64,000 nucleotides of DNA, from NCBI RefSeq assembly GCF_009914755.1, contig NC_060930.1, one strand, 5' to 3'. Of the stretch, positions 31,922 through 48,788 are shown piece by piece. The notes below the pieces were generated by a model that did not search any database, was not told where the DNA came from, and saw nothing but the letters and a program-made list of their open reading frames with translations. The stretch comes from the human T2T-CHM13v2.0 reference genome, Homo sapiens. The stretch's first letter is position 1. Each line of letters begins with the position of its first letter. The translations under genes were made by a program, and so were the position numbers.

Positions 31922-32279
31922 ATGCAGCTGTTGGCACAGGCTTCTTTCTTTGACCTTCTCCTGGTTTATCTTTTCAAATGATATATGTGCTAATCTGTTA
32001 ATTAATCTACTGTTTATGTCTTCTCTATATCATGACCTTTTGGTTCCCCCATATTTGAAACTAAACTAAGGACCTAGCACAGTCCTTAACATATTATAGT
32101 CCAATTGAATTAAGTAATTCGAATTCTAATATTGTCTTATTGAATTGAATAGTTGAATTGATGAGTATCTAATGTCTCTTCTGTTAAAAGTGTATGTCAG
32201 GATCATCATGCCAAAATCATCAAGTATGCTCCAATAAGCCATATATATGAATATTAATATTTATATATAGAATTTACTC

Positions 32280-32560
32280 TTTTTAGAAAAAGATGGGGAA
32301 GTGCAGTGGTGTGATCATAGCTCATTGCAGCCTTGAACTCCTGGGCTCAAGTGATCCTCTGACCTCAGCCTCTCTAGTAGCCGAGACTGCATGCCCACAG
32401 AACCATGCTCAGCTAATTTTTAAAACATTTTTTTGTTTTTTATAGAGACAGGGTCTTGCTTTGCTGCCCAGGCTGTTCTTGAACTCCTGGCTTCAAGTAA
32501 TCCTCCTTCCTTAGCCTCCCAATGTGCTGGAATCATAGGTTTAAGCTACCATATCTGGCC
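32280..32560 (-). mobile_element. AluJ, partly deleted
   Basis: GATCATAGCTCA.TGCAGCCTTGAACTCCTGGGCTCAAG. Confidence 0.88.
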
Positions 32561-32780
32561 AGATTTACTTTTAAAATAAAGTATGATAAAATTAATCTGA
32601 CACTACTATATTTACTGATACTGTATCACATGATAATTAGGGATTGCTTTTGTATAGCTAAATGGACATCTCTTTTTCTTTTATTTTTCTAATGCTTACG
32701 ACCTGTCTATATCAGTGCAATTAGATTTCCCAGAAATTGTGCATTATTTTCCTCCACAGCATGTTAATATACATTAAAAA

Positions 32781-32945
32781 CTTGCTGCTCAAAATGTGGT
32801 CCATAAACGAACCATGTTGGTATTACCTGGGAGTTTATTAGAAATGCAGAATCTCAAACCCCATCTCAGATCTATGGAATTCAATTCTCATTTTTAATAA
32901 TATCCCCAGGTAATTCACATAAACATTAAATTTTCAAAATATTTT
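32781..32945. mobile_element. MER5 (hAT-Charlie)
   Basis: CTCAAAATGTGGTCC..ACCTGGGAG.TT.TTAGAAATGCAGAATCTC. Confidence 0.8.
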
Positions 32946-32969
32946 GATTCTAATTTCTCACTCATTATG

Positions 32970-33150
32970 GTCTACATTATTAAGTTCTTTCTATATGTTT
33001 TGCAATTATTTCATTTAATCTTTATAACAATCCAGGAAAGGTATTTTATTATCTCTATTTTACAGATGAGGAAACTCTGTAAAACTCATTTTGCAGATGA
33101 GGCATAAAGAGGCCCAGACAGGCCTACTTAAGAGCTCTATTCTTAAACAG
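32970..33150 (-). mobile_element. MIR
   Basis: ATTTTACAGATGAGGAAACT core. Confidence 0.75.
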
Positions 33151-33352
33151 GACAGTTGCTGCCTTGTCAAAGCTATGGTTTCCTTACTTTCAGCTCCTGA
33201 TAGCCCAAGGCCCTGTACTCTGCTGTTGTCTTTTCTCTAAGCTCAGAGAACTCTTCATCCTTTTAGTCTATAAATAAATCTTTGATGAGAACCATCTCTG
33301 CAATGGTTACCCACCGGGTTTCAGGCCAAATGCATGGATTGTGTGCTTTTTT

Positions 33353-34477
33353 TTTAACCCTCTGCACTCTCAATAGAAATCATGGTGACATTTTTGTCTG
33401 GGAAACAGAAGAATTGACCTTTTCCTGTATCTTCTGCTCTGAGAAGTCACAGGTCACTGGGACTCAGAATGGAGAGAGGGTAATGTTGTGGAATGTTGTG
33501 AATGCAGCTTGAATTCTGGCATTTAGAATTTCTGTAGGAAATAAAAGTTAAACTGTTAGTTAGGATTAAGGGAGGGATGAGAGAAGGGGAGAACTTGAGT
33601 CCATTTTGACTAGGCACCCTAAAACAATGAAAGTAGATGAATCTTCATTATCAGCCTATAAGACATTATGTGATTTTATACATAAGGGAAAGGACTTCTG
33701 TCTCTAAAAGATATCTTCTTCATATACTCACAGCTTTTAAAGTGACTTTATTGAGTTATTGTTATATAAAAAATTACACATACTTAAGATACAGCATTCA
33801 ATAAATTTTCATTTACTCAGTTTTGCCTGAAATTCTTTTCCATTTTACACCACAAAATACAAAAATGAAAGGATTTTGGAGACTTTATTCCAGTATGATT
33901 GCGATATTGGCCAGATGACATTGAGCCTTTTTATTTTTTCATAAGGGAAAAGGTCTGAAAGAGGGAAGTCACATGTTACTTTTAAGGGGAAAGAGGATGC
34001 AACTTAGAAAGCAATGAGAAGATTGGGGCCACTTCTCTAATTTCACAGTTTAATCTGTTTATTGTCATCTATAGGTTCTTATATGTAGCTTTGATTGAGC
34101 TGGAAACATAGCCATTGCTGATACCTGTTTTGCACATGAGTAAGATTTTAAATATAAGTTTTGAATGAATAACTTAATAGATACATGCAAAATTATTTAT
34201 TATTTTCAATCAAAGTCCTATCAACTTCAAATCTAGAGTAGCCTATGACTGAGTAAGTATAGCACTACAGTAATTGGCAACCATTTAAATTAACTTTATT
34301 TCTCCTTAGAGCTTTTGCCTGAAAATATGAAGGGGTTATTATGTTTTTTTGAAAATCTGTTGGTTTTTTCCACTGTTTATGTTTGTGGTCAACTGCAGCT
34401 TTGTTTAACCTTCTGCATGCTCAAGGGAAATCATGGTGACATTTTTATCTGGGAAACAGAAGAATTGAGTTTTTCCT
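33353..34477. repeat. Dispersed 74-bp direct repeat (33353-33426 and 34404-34477)
   Basis: 66/74 identical by manual alignment, offset 1051 bp. Confidence 0.92.
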
Positions 34478-35294
34478 ACGTTTTGCAGTGATGACTATTT
34501 GAAAAATGGAGCCTTTCTGCCTTTTATTTCCTGGCAATCACAAATCCAATGACTTTAGGTTTATCTAAGAGAAACAAGTCAATTGGATGAATCCTGGGAT
34601 GCAGGTGAGCATATATATGGCAATATCTGCTTACCCTGTGATAGGCATATACCTCAGGATATGGAAAAGACAAATGGCAAAATAACTTAAAAATATACCT
34701 TCCTTCATGATAAAAAGCTTGTTTTACTTTACAGAGGTGTTCAATTTTATTTCCATGGATCTTAATAAAAACCATGAAAAATCAGATGAAGCTGACAGCT
34801 CTACATGACTGTAATAACTTCAGATGCTAGAAACTATAGAAAATATAACAGAAGTATGTATTTTTTTTCTTGGCTTTGTAAGTACTTGAAACCAGAACAG
34901 GCTCAGAAAGATGTCTTAGTTTACTTCATCAAAAGTTTTAATTTGTGTTGTGGAAGCAAGTTTTTCTAAAATATAAGATCAATTTTAGTCCAAAGTAAGA
35001 AGCCTCTTTTTTATTTTATTAATTTTCATGAATATCTCTGTTTTTTTATGGTAAGCATTTTTTATGAGAAAGAACATCAAGTTGAACAAAATGTTAGGAA
35101 TTTAATGTTGCCAGTAGGATATTCTTTTCATGATTTCAAATAAAATCAAATCAACTCAAATCAGAACATTTGAACAGTAATTCATGCTACATTTAAACAA
35201 AATTTGTGTATGTCCACTTATCAATATATGTTTACTGTTGTTTAGTTTTTATATTTTGCCAGAAGATACGTTCCTTGGAGAATAATACTGAATA

Positions 35295-35321
35295 TATAGC
35301 AATTATAGCAATTATAGCAAT
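35295..35321. repeat. (TATAGCAAT)x3
   Basis: Direct reading. Confidence 0.9.
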
Positions 35322-35454
35322 CTAATCTTAAATAATTGAATTAAGAGAAATCAAGTTAAACCGCTACAGAGAACTCCAGTGTGCATTTCTTCTTCCAATT
35401 TTTCTGCTAACTGACATAAAATTGGCAGTAATCTTTAGCCTATTTTTTAAATAG

Positions 35455-35555
35455 TGATGCATGAATCCCAGCCAGACCCACTGAATCTCTGGGAATGTGA
35501 AGTTTCTAAGTTTCACAGGCAATTCTAATGCTTATTGTTCATGGAGAACCACTGT
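35455..35555. mobile_element. MER5A fragment
   Basis: CCAGACC.ACTGAATC..CAGG.AATTCTAATGC..GAGAACCACTG. Confidence 0.6.
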
Positions 35556-37779
35556 GCTATAGAGGCAACTGATTTCAGAATAAATACACACACCAATAAA
35601 TAACTGAAAGAACAAAATATCTTTGTTTTTGATGATTTAATATGGGTACTACTGAAGTTTTAAGATGCTGTAGTGATCACCGGTCTCTCAATATGATGCT
35701 ATGTATTTTCTAATTTAAGCTGTTACTGAGGAGACACTGTATCGAGCAGGCATCACATGCTAGCTGTTTCGGCAAATGTTGGGTTGACATAACCTGACTC
35801 AGCAACTGGGAGAGACTTTCTGCCCATCAACAAATGCTATATAAAAATAGATTAATGTATCTCTTTGATGCATTTCAAGTCTATGAACATGAGACTTCAT
35901 TCCTTGCAAATTAATTAAATACCAAGGGAATTAATACTGAAGAAACTGTACATCCTTAGGTGCAAGAGTGTCAATTAAAGCTGGCAGAACAACAATTCAA
36001 TCACAGGGGTTATTACAAAGCACTTTTAAAATTTGCAGTCTGTTAAGTAATAGCAAATGACTGGATGCTGAGCAGTGTTAAATGTAAATGTCAAATTAAA
36101 TTGACTTGCCCGGAGTTGGTTTTTTAGAATACCATATTTGATGGAATAATTTCTCCTTTTATATCCCATGATAAATGGAAGAAAAAATATAATTGGCCAT
36201 CTGAGTCCTGTTCACTTGCCATCCTAGGCAACTCGTATTAATCCTTCTATTTCTCATTCTCACTTTATAAAGAGCTACTTGTCCAAAGTTCCCAAGAACT
36301 CAGTTGCAAAGCACAAAGGATATTCAAGCACTGAGGCTTATTAGAAGTTTGCCGGTATGCCCTACTCCCATTCTACTTCCCTTTATGACATAATATGCTG
36401 AAATTTCCCTGTCAGCTAATCATTTGAACTAAGATAGTATAGAATTCAGGAAATCATTGGGAATTTGGATTGGGAAATCAGTTTTTCACTTATTGGAAAT
36501 TTATATGCCTTCTCTGAGACTGCATTTTATCTTTTGAAAATGGATTGGAGGAGGATAAAATGATGTTTTTGGAGGCACTTTGTAAATTTGTAAAACTTTA
36601 TGCAAATACTATTATTTTACTCTTAAATGCAGCTCTCTGGAGTAAGAGATGATCCATAAAGGCCACATTTAGCATTAACATCCTTGTGAAGATTTGTTTC
36701 AAGCACTTCTCAAGTATATATTACCACTTGGAGATAATAGGCCTAATTTGGTATCTAGAAATACCATATTTTCCGTATTTGCAATAAACTCTTTGGAATG
36801 GAGAAAGTCATAGCAGAAAGAATAAGAGGGAGGGCCTTGAGTGAAGGCAATGGTAGGGCACAGACTAGACATTTCTCATATCTCACTACTTTTCCCTTCA
36901 ATTTTATCTGACTCTAGTACATAATTCTGCAAAGCAGTTACCAAGAATGAAAAAGCAAAGCAAGGATATTGTGTATGTATATGTCACTGCATATTTGCTT
37001 ATTTTTATGAGAAGGGTTATTTTTGTGAGAAGGTGAGAGAAATTACTAGTATTTAATTCGGAAAGAGTGGAGATGAGTAGAGATTTCAGTTTGCTTTTCT
37101 TCGTTAGAGAGCTTTTGGCCCCAGGCTCTTACTTTTACAGCTAGATAACAGGAAATTGAGGAAGGAACTGCCATTTTTTTGCAACTGTAGTTGGATATAA
37201 ATAGTCATCAGCTTTGTTGGCTTAACCAGAGTCCCTAATCCTCACTAGATATTAAAATTACCTAGATTGCTCCCATCAGATTTACAGTATTATAGTCTTG
37301 GATGGTACCTGTCACATATTTAGTTTTGAATGAATGCCACAGAAACATCTGAAGCACAGCCAGAGTTTTACCTTGTTTTTGCCTTTCACAGTCTCTGAGT
37401 TCACATTCCCAAATGCCTTTCAGGTATCCACTATTCCTGTTTAAAAAAATTAAAATAAAAAAATTATGGAATGGGAATTATTTGATTAAACTATTTTCTT
37501 AATGTTCTTATGAAAAGTATATCTATAGGGGAAGATTCACTAAGGAAAAATATAGTGAAGAGGTTTTTGTTGGGGAAATTACATATATATATATCAAATT
37601 TTGAGTGACTGTCATGGTAACAGCTGATACTGAGTGATTTTATGCATGATTTCTTAATTATGAGCAGTCTCTCACTAAGGTAAAATTGTAAACATGTTAA
37701 CCTTGAATTTAGAATAAATAGAGTAATATATATTGAATAAATCATTAATAATTTCCTTTAAAGGAATCTAAGTGGGGAT

Positions 37780-38300
37780 CATGTATGTCAAGAAAAACTA
37801 ACATTGCTACAAGTAAAGGTACTATATAAACAATTGTAAACATTCCCATTTTATAGTAAATAATATTACAAGGATGTCAAACATTATTCCTTCTATACAA
37901 CATTTTACAGGAGGTGCTAGGAAATGTAATAAGACGGGAAAAAGAAATAAGTAATAAGGCTTAGAAGGGGAGAAGTAAAACTGTTTATATTTGTAGTTAG
38001 TATGATTAGTGCATATAGTAAATCCAAGAGAATCTACTAATGATTAGAAATAACAGAACTTAACAAAGTTTTAAATGGGAAGGCATTACTCAAATTTAAA
38101 GCTTCTTTATGCCATTAGTGATGTGTTGAAAGTTGGTTAAGAAAAAAATTTCATTGACAATAGCAACAAAAAATGTATAAGAATAAGACTAAAAATAAAA
38201 ATAATATCTCTGTGGAAAAAAGAATATTAACAAAGGAAGTAAAATAATTAAATGGATAACTACATCATGTTGATGAATATATGTATTAAAAAACAATATG
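37780..38300 (+). mobile_element. L1ME-type ORF2 fragment
   Basis: Degenerate RT text (ACAAGGATGTC, GAGGTGCTAG, AATCCAAGAGAATCTAC). Confidence 0.6.
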
Positions 38301-39220
38301 AAAGCAGTCCTGCCTGCACAGCTGGGAGACATGCCTATCTGTGTTGCCCAGCAAGCTTGACAACACTGGACGCACAGCAGATTCTGAAATGGTCCTGTAT
38401 TTTGGCTCCAGCCCTTCTCAGATGTACCCTGAGAGAAGTTCTGCTTACCCAGGGACTTGGAGGTAGACACATTGTGTTCCCAGAGGCAGATATGCAGACT
38501 TTGATCTGAACTGTGGACACTGAAGCAGCCAGGTTATCCAGTTCCTGTAAGCCATGTTCTTTAGCCGGGATTTTCTACTAGAGAAACAGCCAATGACATA
38601 GCAGCAGCCCTCCCAGAGACCCGCAGGAAGGCCACATTCATCTGTGCACCTGCTAATGGGCCTTCAATTTGCAGACCAAGAAGCTGACCTTCAGTTTATT
38701 TCCAGCCCTAATGACCAAGGTTCTGAAGCCAGTCTAGTTCACTTAGGGACTATGCATTATCCTTACCTGCTTAAGCCCCTGGTGGTTGGTGGGGTGGTAG
38801 CCATCCCAACAGCCTTGGACCTCACTGCAGATCTAGCAACAGCCATGTGATCTGGCTCCAACACCACTAGAGTGCAATCCCAGGTGCAATTCTGTCAGCC
38901 CAGGGATCCAACAAGAGAAAGCTTTTATTGGCATAAATCAGTCTAAAAAGACGGGAAGAGGTGTTTGCTCCTTCAAATGCACAGACAACCATGCAAGGCT
39001 ACACAGGTGACAAAGAATTAAGCAAACATGACACCACCAAAAGAAACTAATAAGGCTCTAATAACCAACCATAAAGAAATGGAAATCTAAAAATTACCTG
39101 AAAAAATTTCAAAATAATCATATTAACAAGTTCAATAAGATGCAAGACAGCACAGATATATAACCACATGAAATTAGAAAAATAATGAACAAAATTAGAA
39201 GTCAAATAAAGAAATAGAAA

Positions 39221-41771
<2,551 letters not shown>

Positions 41772-41799
41772 TAACATTGAATGATAAAAAAGAAGAAAG

Positions 41800-41935
41800 A
41801 AAAATTACCTATTGGGTACAGTGTTTACTATTTGGGTGATGGCCACACTAGATGTCTAAACTCCACCACTATGCAATATACTTATGTAGCAAACCTGCAC
41901 ATGTACTTCCTGAATTTATAAAAATAGAAAAACTA
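41800..41935 (+). mobile_element. L1PB/L1MA 3' end fragment
   Basis: AAATTACCTATTGGGTACAGTG..CACCACTATGCAATATAC..AAACCTGCACATGTAC. Confidence 0.75.
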
Positions 41936-42175
41936 AAAATTAACAAAATACATATTGAAAACTTCCCAAATCTTGGGAGAGATATGGGCATCCAGATTCA
42001 TTATGTTTAGAGAACTGAAAGCAAGATCAACCCAAAGAAAATTATTTTGAGACTCATGATCATACTGTGAAAAGTGAAGGATAAAGAGAGTATCTTTTCT
42101 CAAATATATTTAATTTTTAAGTCAACAAAAAAATTGTATCTAATAGAACATGGCGTTTTGAAATATCTGTACATT

Positions 42176-43055
42176 ATGAACTCAAACAAATTTACAAGAA
42201 AAAAACAAACAACCCCATCAAAAAGTGGGCGAAGGACAAGAACAGACACTTCTCAAAAGAAGACATTTATGCAGCCAACGGACACATGAAAAAACGCTCA
42301 TCATCACTGGCCATCAGAGAAATGCAAATCAAAACCACAATGAGATACCATCTCACACCAGTTAGAATGGCAATCATTAAAAAGTCAGGAAACAACAGGT
42401 GCTGGAGAGGATGTGGAGAAATAGGAACACTTTGACACTGTTGGTGGGACTGTAAACTAGTTCAACCATTGTGGAAGTCAGTGTGGCGATTCCTCAGGGA
42501 TCTAGAACTAGAAATACCATTTGACCCAGCCATCCCATTACTGGGTATATACCCAAAGATTATAAATCATGCTGCTATAAAGACACATGCACACGTATGT
42601 TTATTGCGGCATTATTCACGATAGCAAAGACTTGGAACCAAGCGAAATCTCCAACAATGATAGACTGGATTAAGAAAATGTGGCACATATACACCATGGA
42701 ATACTACGCAGCCATAAAAAATGATGAGTTCATGTCCTTTGTAGGGACATGGATGAAATTGGAAATCATCATTCTCAGTAAACTATCGCAAGAACAAAAA
42801 ACCAAACACTGCATATTCTCACTCATAGGTGGGAATTGAACAATGAGATCACATGGACACAGGAAGGGGAATATCACACTCTGGCGACTGTTGTGGGGTG
42901 GGGGGAGGGGAGAGGGATAGCATTGGGAGATATACCTAATGCTAGATGACGAGTTAGTGGGTGCAGCGCACCAGCATGGCACATGTATACATATGTAACT
43001 AACCTGCACAATGTGCACATGTACCCTAAAACTTAAAGTATAAAAAAAAAAAAAA
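42176..43055 (+). mobile_element. L1PA2-like 3' fragment, the youngest L1 here
   Basis: GAGATCACATGG, GGAATATCAC, GCTAGATGACGAGTTAGTGGG (GAG, non-Ta); clean poly-A; perfect 16-bp TSD GAAATATCTGTACATT at 42160 and 43056. Confidence 0.95.
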
Positions 43056-44025
43056 GAAATATCTGTACATTGTGGAGTGGCTAAATCAAGCTAACTGACA
43101 GTGTTATTATTTCACATATGTACCATACCTTTTTTGGTGAGAGAACTTAAAATCTAATCTCTAGTAATTTTCAAGAATTCATTATTATTAACTGTAATTA
43201 TGTAGTATAACCATTTTTACAATAGATCTATTGAACTTACTTCTCCTATCTAACTGAAATTTGGACCAACATCTCTGATCATCCTTTGACCAACACCTCC
43301 CACACCTCCTCACTACCTCAACCCTGCACTGATAACCACCATAGTACTCTTTACTGCTATGAGTTCAACCTTTTTAGCTTTCTAATGTAAGAGAGATTAT
43401 AGGGTATTTGTCTTTTTGTGCCTTGGTTATTTCACCTAATGTAATGTCCTCCAGGTTCATCCATGTTATTGCAGATGACAGGATTTTGTTCTTTTTTAAA
43501 GGATGAATAGTATTCCATTGTGTATATATGCCACATTTTCTTTATTCAGATAAAGAAAGTATTGATGGACAATTAAGTTGATTCCATCTTTTAATTATTG
43601 TGAGGAAGGCTGCAAGGAACATGGGAGAATATATGTTTTTTCAAAATACTCATTTATTTATTTGGGATATATTCCCAGGTGTGGGATGTCTGGATCGTAT
43701 GACAGTTGTAGTTTTTCGGGGGAACTTTTTTGGGGAATCTTTATAATGTTTTCTATAATGACAGTACTGATTTACACTCACACCAGCAGTGTACAAGGGT
43801 TTCATTTTCTGCAAATTCTTGCCAGTACTTGTTTTCTTTTGTCTTTTTGATGGTAATCATTCTAAAAGGTGTGAGGTGACATCTTTTTGGATCATATACA
43901 AAAAAATATTGCTCGGACTATTGCTATGGAACATTTCTCCTATGTTTTCCTCTAGTAATTTTACATTTTTTGTCTTATGTTTAAATCTTTAAGCAATTTT
44001 GAGTTGATTTTTGTATATGATGTGA

Positions 44026-44374
<349 letters not shown>

Positions 44375-45644
44375 TTCCCAACACTATTTATTGAAGAGAA
44401 TGTTTTTCTCCCAGTGTGTGTTAATAGCAACTTTATTGAAAATCATTTGACCATAGTGCATGGATTTTTTTTTTCTGAGCTTGCTATTAAAGAGAGACTC
44501 TTGAAAGTGGTAAGAAAAGGGAGACTAATCACATACAAGTAAACCTCCATAAGGTTATCCGTAGATTTCTCAATAGAAATTTTACAAGCCACAAAGGAGG
44601 AGGATTATATATTCTAAGTGCTGAAAGAAAAAAGGCAACCAAGAATACTCATTCCAGCAAAGCTGTCCTTCATAAATGAATGAGAGATAAAGAGAGTCCC
44701 AAAGAAAAGCTGCAGTAGTTCATAACTAGTCCTGTCTTACAAGAAATGCTATAGGGCGTTCTTTGGGTTGAAATGAAAGGACACTAAATAACAAGATGAA
44801 AATACATGAAATGATAAAACTCACTGGAAAAGGTAAATATGTAGTGAAGAGCAGAAAACTCTAATATTGTAATGGTGTGTATAGGTCATTTTAACTCTAG
44901 TATAAAAATTAAAAGAGAAAATTGTCAAATATAATTATAGCTGTAATTTGTTAATGGATACACAGTATGAAATAGTGTAAAGTGTGATATCAATAGCATG
45001 TTATTGGTGGAAGAGAGGAAAGAAGAGGTTAGAGGAGAAGTCAGTGTAATTTTTGTATATGATTAAAGTTATTATCAGCTTCAACTAGAATGTTACAAAT
45101 AAGGTGCTTTATGCAAGCTTGTGACATCACAAAGAAAAAGCCTCTAATTGATACAGAAAAAATTAAGAGAAAAAAATGAAAGCATACCACAAGAAGAGAT
45201 AAATAAATCAAAAAGGAACACAGCAAGAGGAGAAAGGTACAAAGGAATTACAAAACAGTCAGAAAATAATTAACAAAATGGAAATAGTAAGTCCTTACCT
45301 GTCAATAATTCCTTTAAAAGTAAATGGATTAAATTCTTCAATCAAAAGACACAGACTGGATGAATAGATTAAAAAAACAAAAAATAAGAAGATTCTACCA
45401 CATGGCTGCCTACAAGGAACTCACTTCAGTTTTAACAACACAGCTGGGATGAAAGTGAAGGGATGGAAAGCGATATTCCATTCAGATAGTAAATAAAGGA
45501 ATGCAGGAGTGGCTATACTTACATCAGACAAAAGAATCTTTTATTCTAAACTGACACAGACACAAAAATTCACTGTATAATGTTAAAGGGGTCAGTTCCT
45601 TCAAGAGGAAATGACAGTTGTTAACATTTAATAATCTAACATCA

Positions 45645-45940
45645 GGCCAGGCGCGGTGGCTGAAGCCTGTAATCCCAGCACTTTGGGAGGCCGAGGCGGG
45701 TGGATCACGAGGTCAGGAGATCGAGACCATCCTGGCTAACACGGTGAAATCCCGTCTCTACTAAAAATACAAAATATTAGCCGGGTGTGGTGGTGGGTGC
45801 CTGTAGTCCCAGCTACTCGGGAGGGTGAGGCAGGAGAATGGCATGAACTCTGGAGGCAGAGCTTGCAGTGAGCCGGACGGCGCCACTGCACTCCAGCCTG
45901 GGTGACAGAGTGAGACTCTGTCTCAAAACAAAACAAAAAA
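45645..45940 (+). mobile_element. AluY
   Basis: GGCTAACACGGTG, GAATGGC, GAGCTTGCAG; TSD CTAACATCA. Confidence 0.95.
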
Positions 45941-48788
45941 CCTAACATCAAAGCACGTAAATATATTTTAGTTACAAATATTAACAAAACTGAAGAGAAA
46001 GATATGACCACTCAATAATAGTAAGGGGCATCAGAACCCCACTTTCAACAATAGATAGACCATCCAGACAGAAAAAAAAAATAGGACTTGAATAACAGTG
46101 TAGTTCAAATGGCCCAAACAGACATATTTCATCTAACAGCAGCAGAATACACATTTTTTCAAGTCTATAAAAAACTTTCTTCACGATAGATTATATGCTG
46201 GTCAACAAAAGAAGTCTTAACTTTAAGAATGTTGATATCATCTCATATGTATATACTTTGACAACAGTAGTATAAAGTTAGAAATCAGTTCCTGGAGGAA
46301 TCTTGTAAAATTCACAAGGATGTGCATTTTGAACAACCAGTGAATAAAAGAAGAAATAAAAATGGAAAGCAAAAATATATTAAGATGAAGAAAAATAGAA
46401 ATACAACATAGCCTAGCTTATGGGTTGTAGTAAAAGCAGTTCTAAGGGTGAAGTTCATTGTGGTAAATGACTAACTTAAAAATGAAAAATCTCAAACAAC
46501 CTAACTTTACACCTAAAATAACTAGAAAAAGAAGAAACTAAGCCCAAAGCTAGCATAATGAAGGAAATAATAATGATTAGCACAGAAATAAATGAAATTA
46601 GAAAGATGATAGACTTAAAAACAACAAATCTCTGACTTCACTGTCACCAACAATTTTACTCCTCGCTCATGCTTTGTGGAGTTTAGAGATCCAAATTGAT
46701 TAAAAAAGACATGCTTTCCCTCTGTTAGAGGCAGCCTTCTTACAGTCATGCATGCACTCACATCAAAATACAAGCCTTTTGTCCTACCTACCCTTGACCT
46801 AGCTTAAATCACACACACACGTACACACACGCACATGACAATAGAAAAGGAAACAAAACTAAGAGTCAGTTTTTTGAAAAGGTAAACAAAATTGACAAAT
46901 CTTCAGCTAGAGGAAGTGAAAAAATATTCAAATAGTATTACAAATGAACAAGGAGACATTACCAATGACACCACAAAAATGCAAAAAATCCTGAGAGACT
47001 ACTGTGAACATTATATGGATAACCTAGAAGAAATTGATAAATTCTTAGAAATACACAACCTACCAAGACTGAATCCTGAAGAAATAGAAAATCTTAACAT
47101 GGCAATAATGAATAAAGAGATTGCATCGGAAAAAAAAAAAACTCCCAACAAATAAAAACCCAGGACCAGATGGCTTTATAGTGAATTCTACCAAACATTT
47201 ACAGTAGAATTAATGCCAGTCATTTTTCCAAAATTTGAAGAGAAGTGAACACTTCGAAACTCATTTTATGAGGACAGCGTTACTCTGATACCAAAGCTAG
47301 ACAAGGACAGTACAAGAAAAGGAAGTACTCGTCAATATCCTTGATACATATATGCAAAATGCACAACAAAATAGTAGCAAACCAATTTCAGCAGCACATT
47401 AAAAAGATCCTATTCTATGATAGGGTAGGATTTATCACAGGGGTGAAAGTATGATTTCATTATAACCACATTAACAGAATGAAGGATTAAAAATCATGAT
47501 TGATCACACACAAAACCATCTGAGAAAATTCAATATCCTGTTATGATACCATCTCTCAACAAATTAGGTATAGAAGGAATGCACTTCAACATTATAAAGA
47601 CCATGTATGATAAATCCATAGCTAACATCATACTCAGTGGTGAAAAGTTGAAAAGTTTACCTCAGGAACAGAACAGGGTGCCCACTCAGAACACTTCTAT
47701 TCAGCATATCAATGGAGGTCCTAGCCAGAGCAATTAGGCAAGAAAAAGAAATAAAAGATTCAAATTTGAAAGGAAGAAGTTACTTTATTTCTCTTCACAG
47801 ATGACATAATTGTATATAGAACACCCTAAAAATGCCATCAAAAAACTGTTAGAACTAATATATGAATTCAGTAAAGTTTCAGACTGCAAAATAAACATTT
47901 AAAAAAATCAGGTGTGCTTCTATACACTAACAACAAACTATCTGAAAAATACATCAAGGAAGCAATCCCATTTATAATAGCATCAAAAATAGGAATAAGT
48001 TTAACCAAGGAGGTGTAAAATCTGTACAATGAATACTATAAGACGTTTGTGAAAGAAACTGAAAGACAAGAGTTTAAACATATCCCTAGTTTATGAATTG
48101 CAATAATTTGTATTGTCCATACCACCCAAAGTGAGCTACAGATTCAGTGCCATCCACATTAAAATTCCAAAGGTGCCTTTCACTGAAATATAAAAGAAAT
48201 GCTAAAATTCCTGTGGAACCTCAAAAGACCCCAAGTAGCAGAAGCAATCTTGAGAATGAAGATCAAAGCTTACACATTTACACTCCCTGTTTTGAAACTA
48301 TATCATAAAAAGTGATAGTAATATAAACAGGGTGATACTGGCATAAAAGCAGACATGTAGACCAAGGGAACAGAATAGATACCTCAAAAATAAACACACA
48401 TGTGTATGATTAACTGATTTTTGACAAGGATGCCAAGAATAAAAAATGGTTAAAGGATAGTCTCTTTAATAAACGGTGTTGGGAAAATTGGATATCCACA
48501 TGTAAAATAATGAAATTGGATTCTTATCTCACACCATACTCATAAATTAAGTCTGAATGTTTTAAAGACTTAAATATAAGACCTGAAACTATAAAACTCT
48601 TATAAGAAAGCATAGGAAAAAAGTTCTTTGACATTGGTCTTGGCAGTGATTTTTTGGATATGACACCAAAGCACAGACTATAAAAACAGAAACAAGTGGG
48701 ACTGCATCAACCTAAAATGTTTTGCACAGCCAGGGAAACAATCAATAGATTGAAAAGCCACCTTATGAAATGGGAATAAACTTGCAAA

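Noticed and set aside
42176-43055. L1HS-Ta or pre-Ta insertion
   Set aside because: The diagnostic trinucleotide is GAG, not ACA or ACG.
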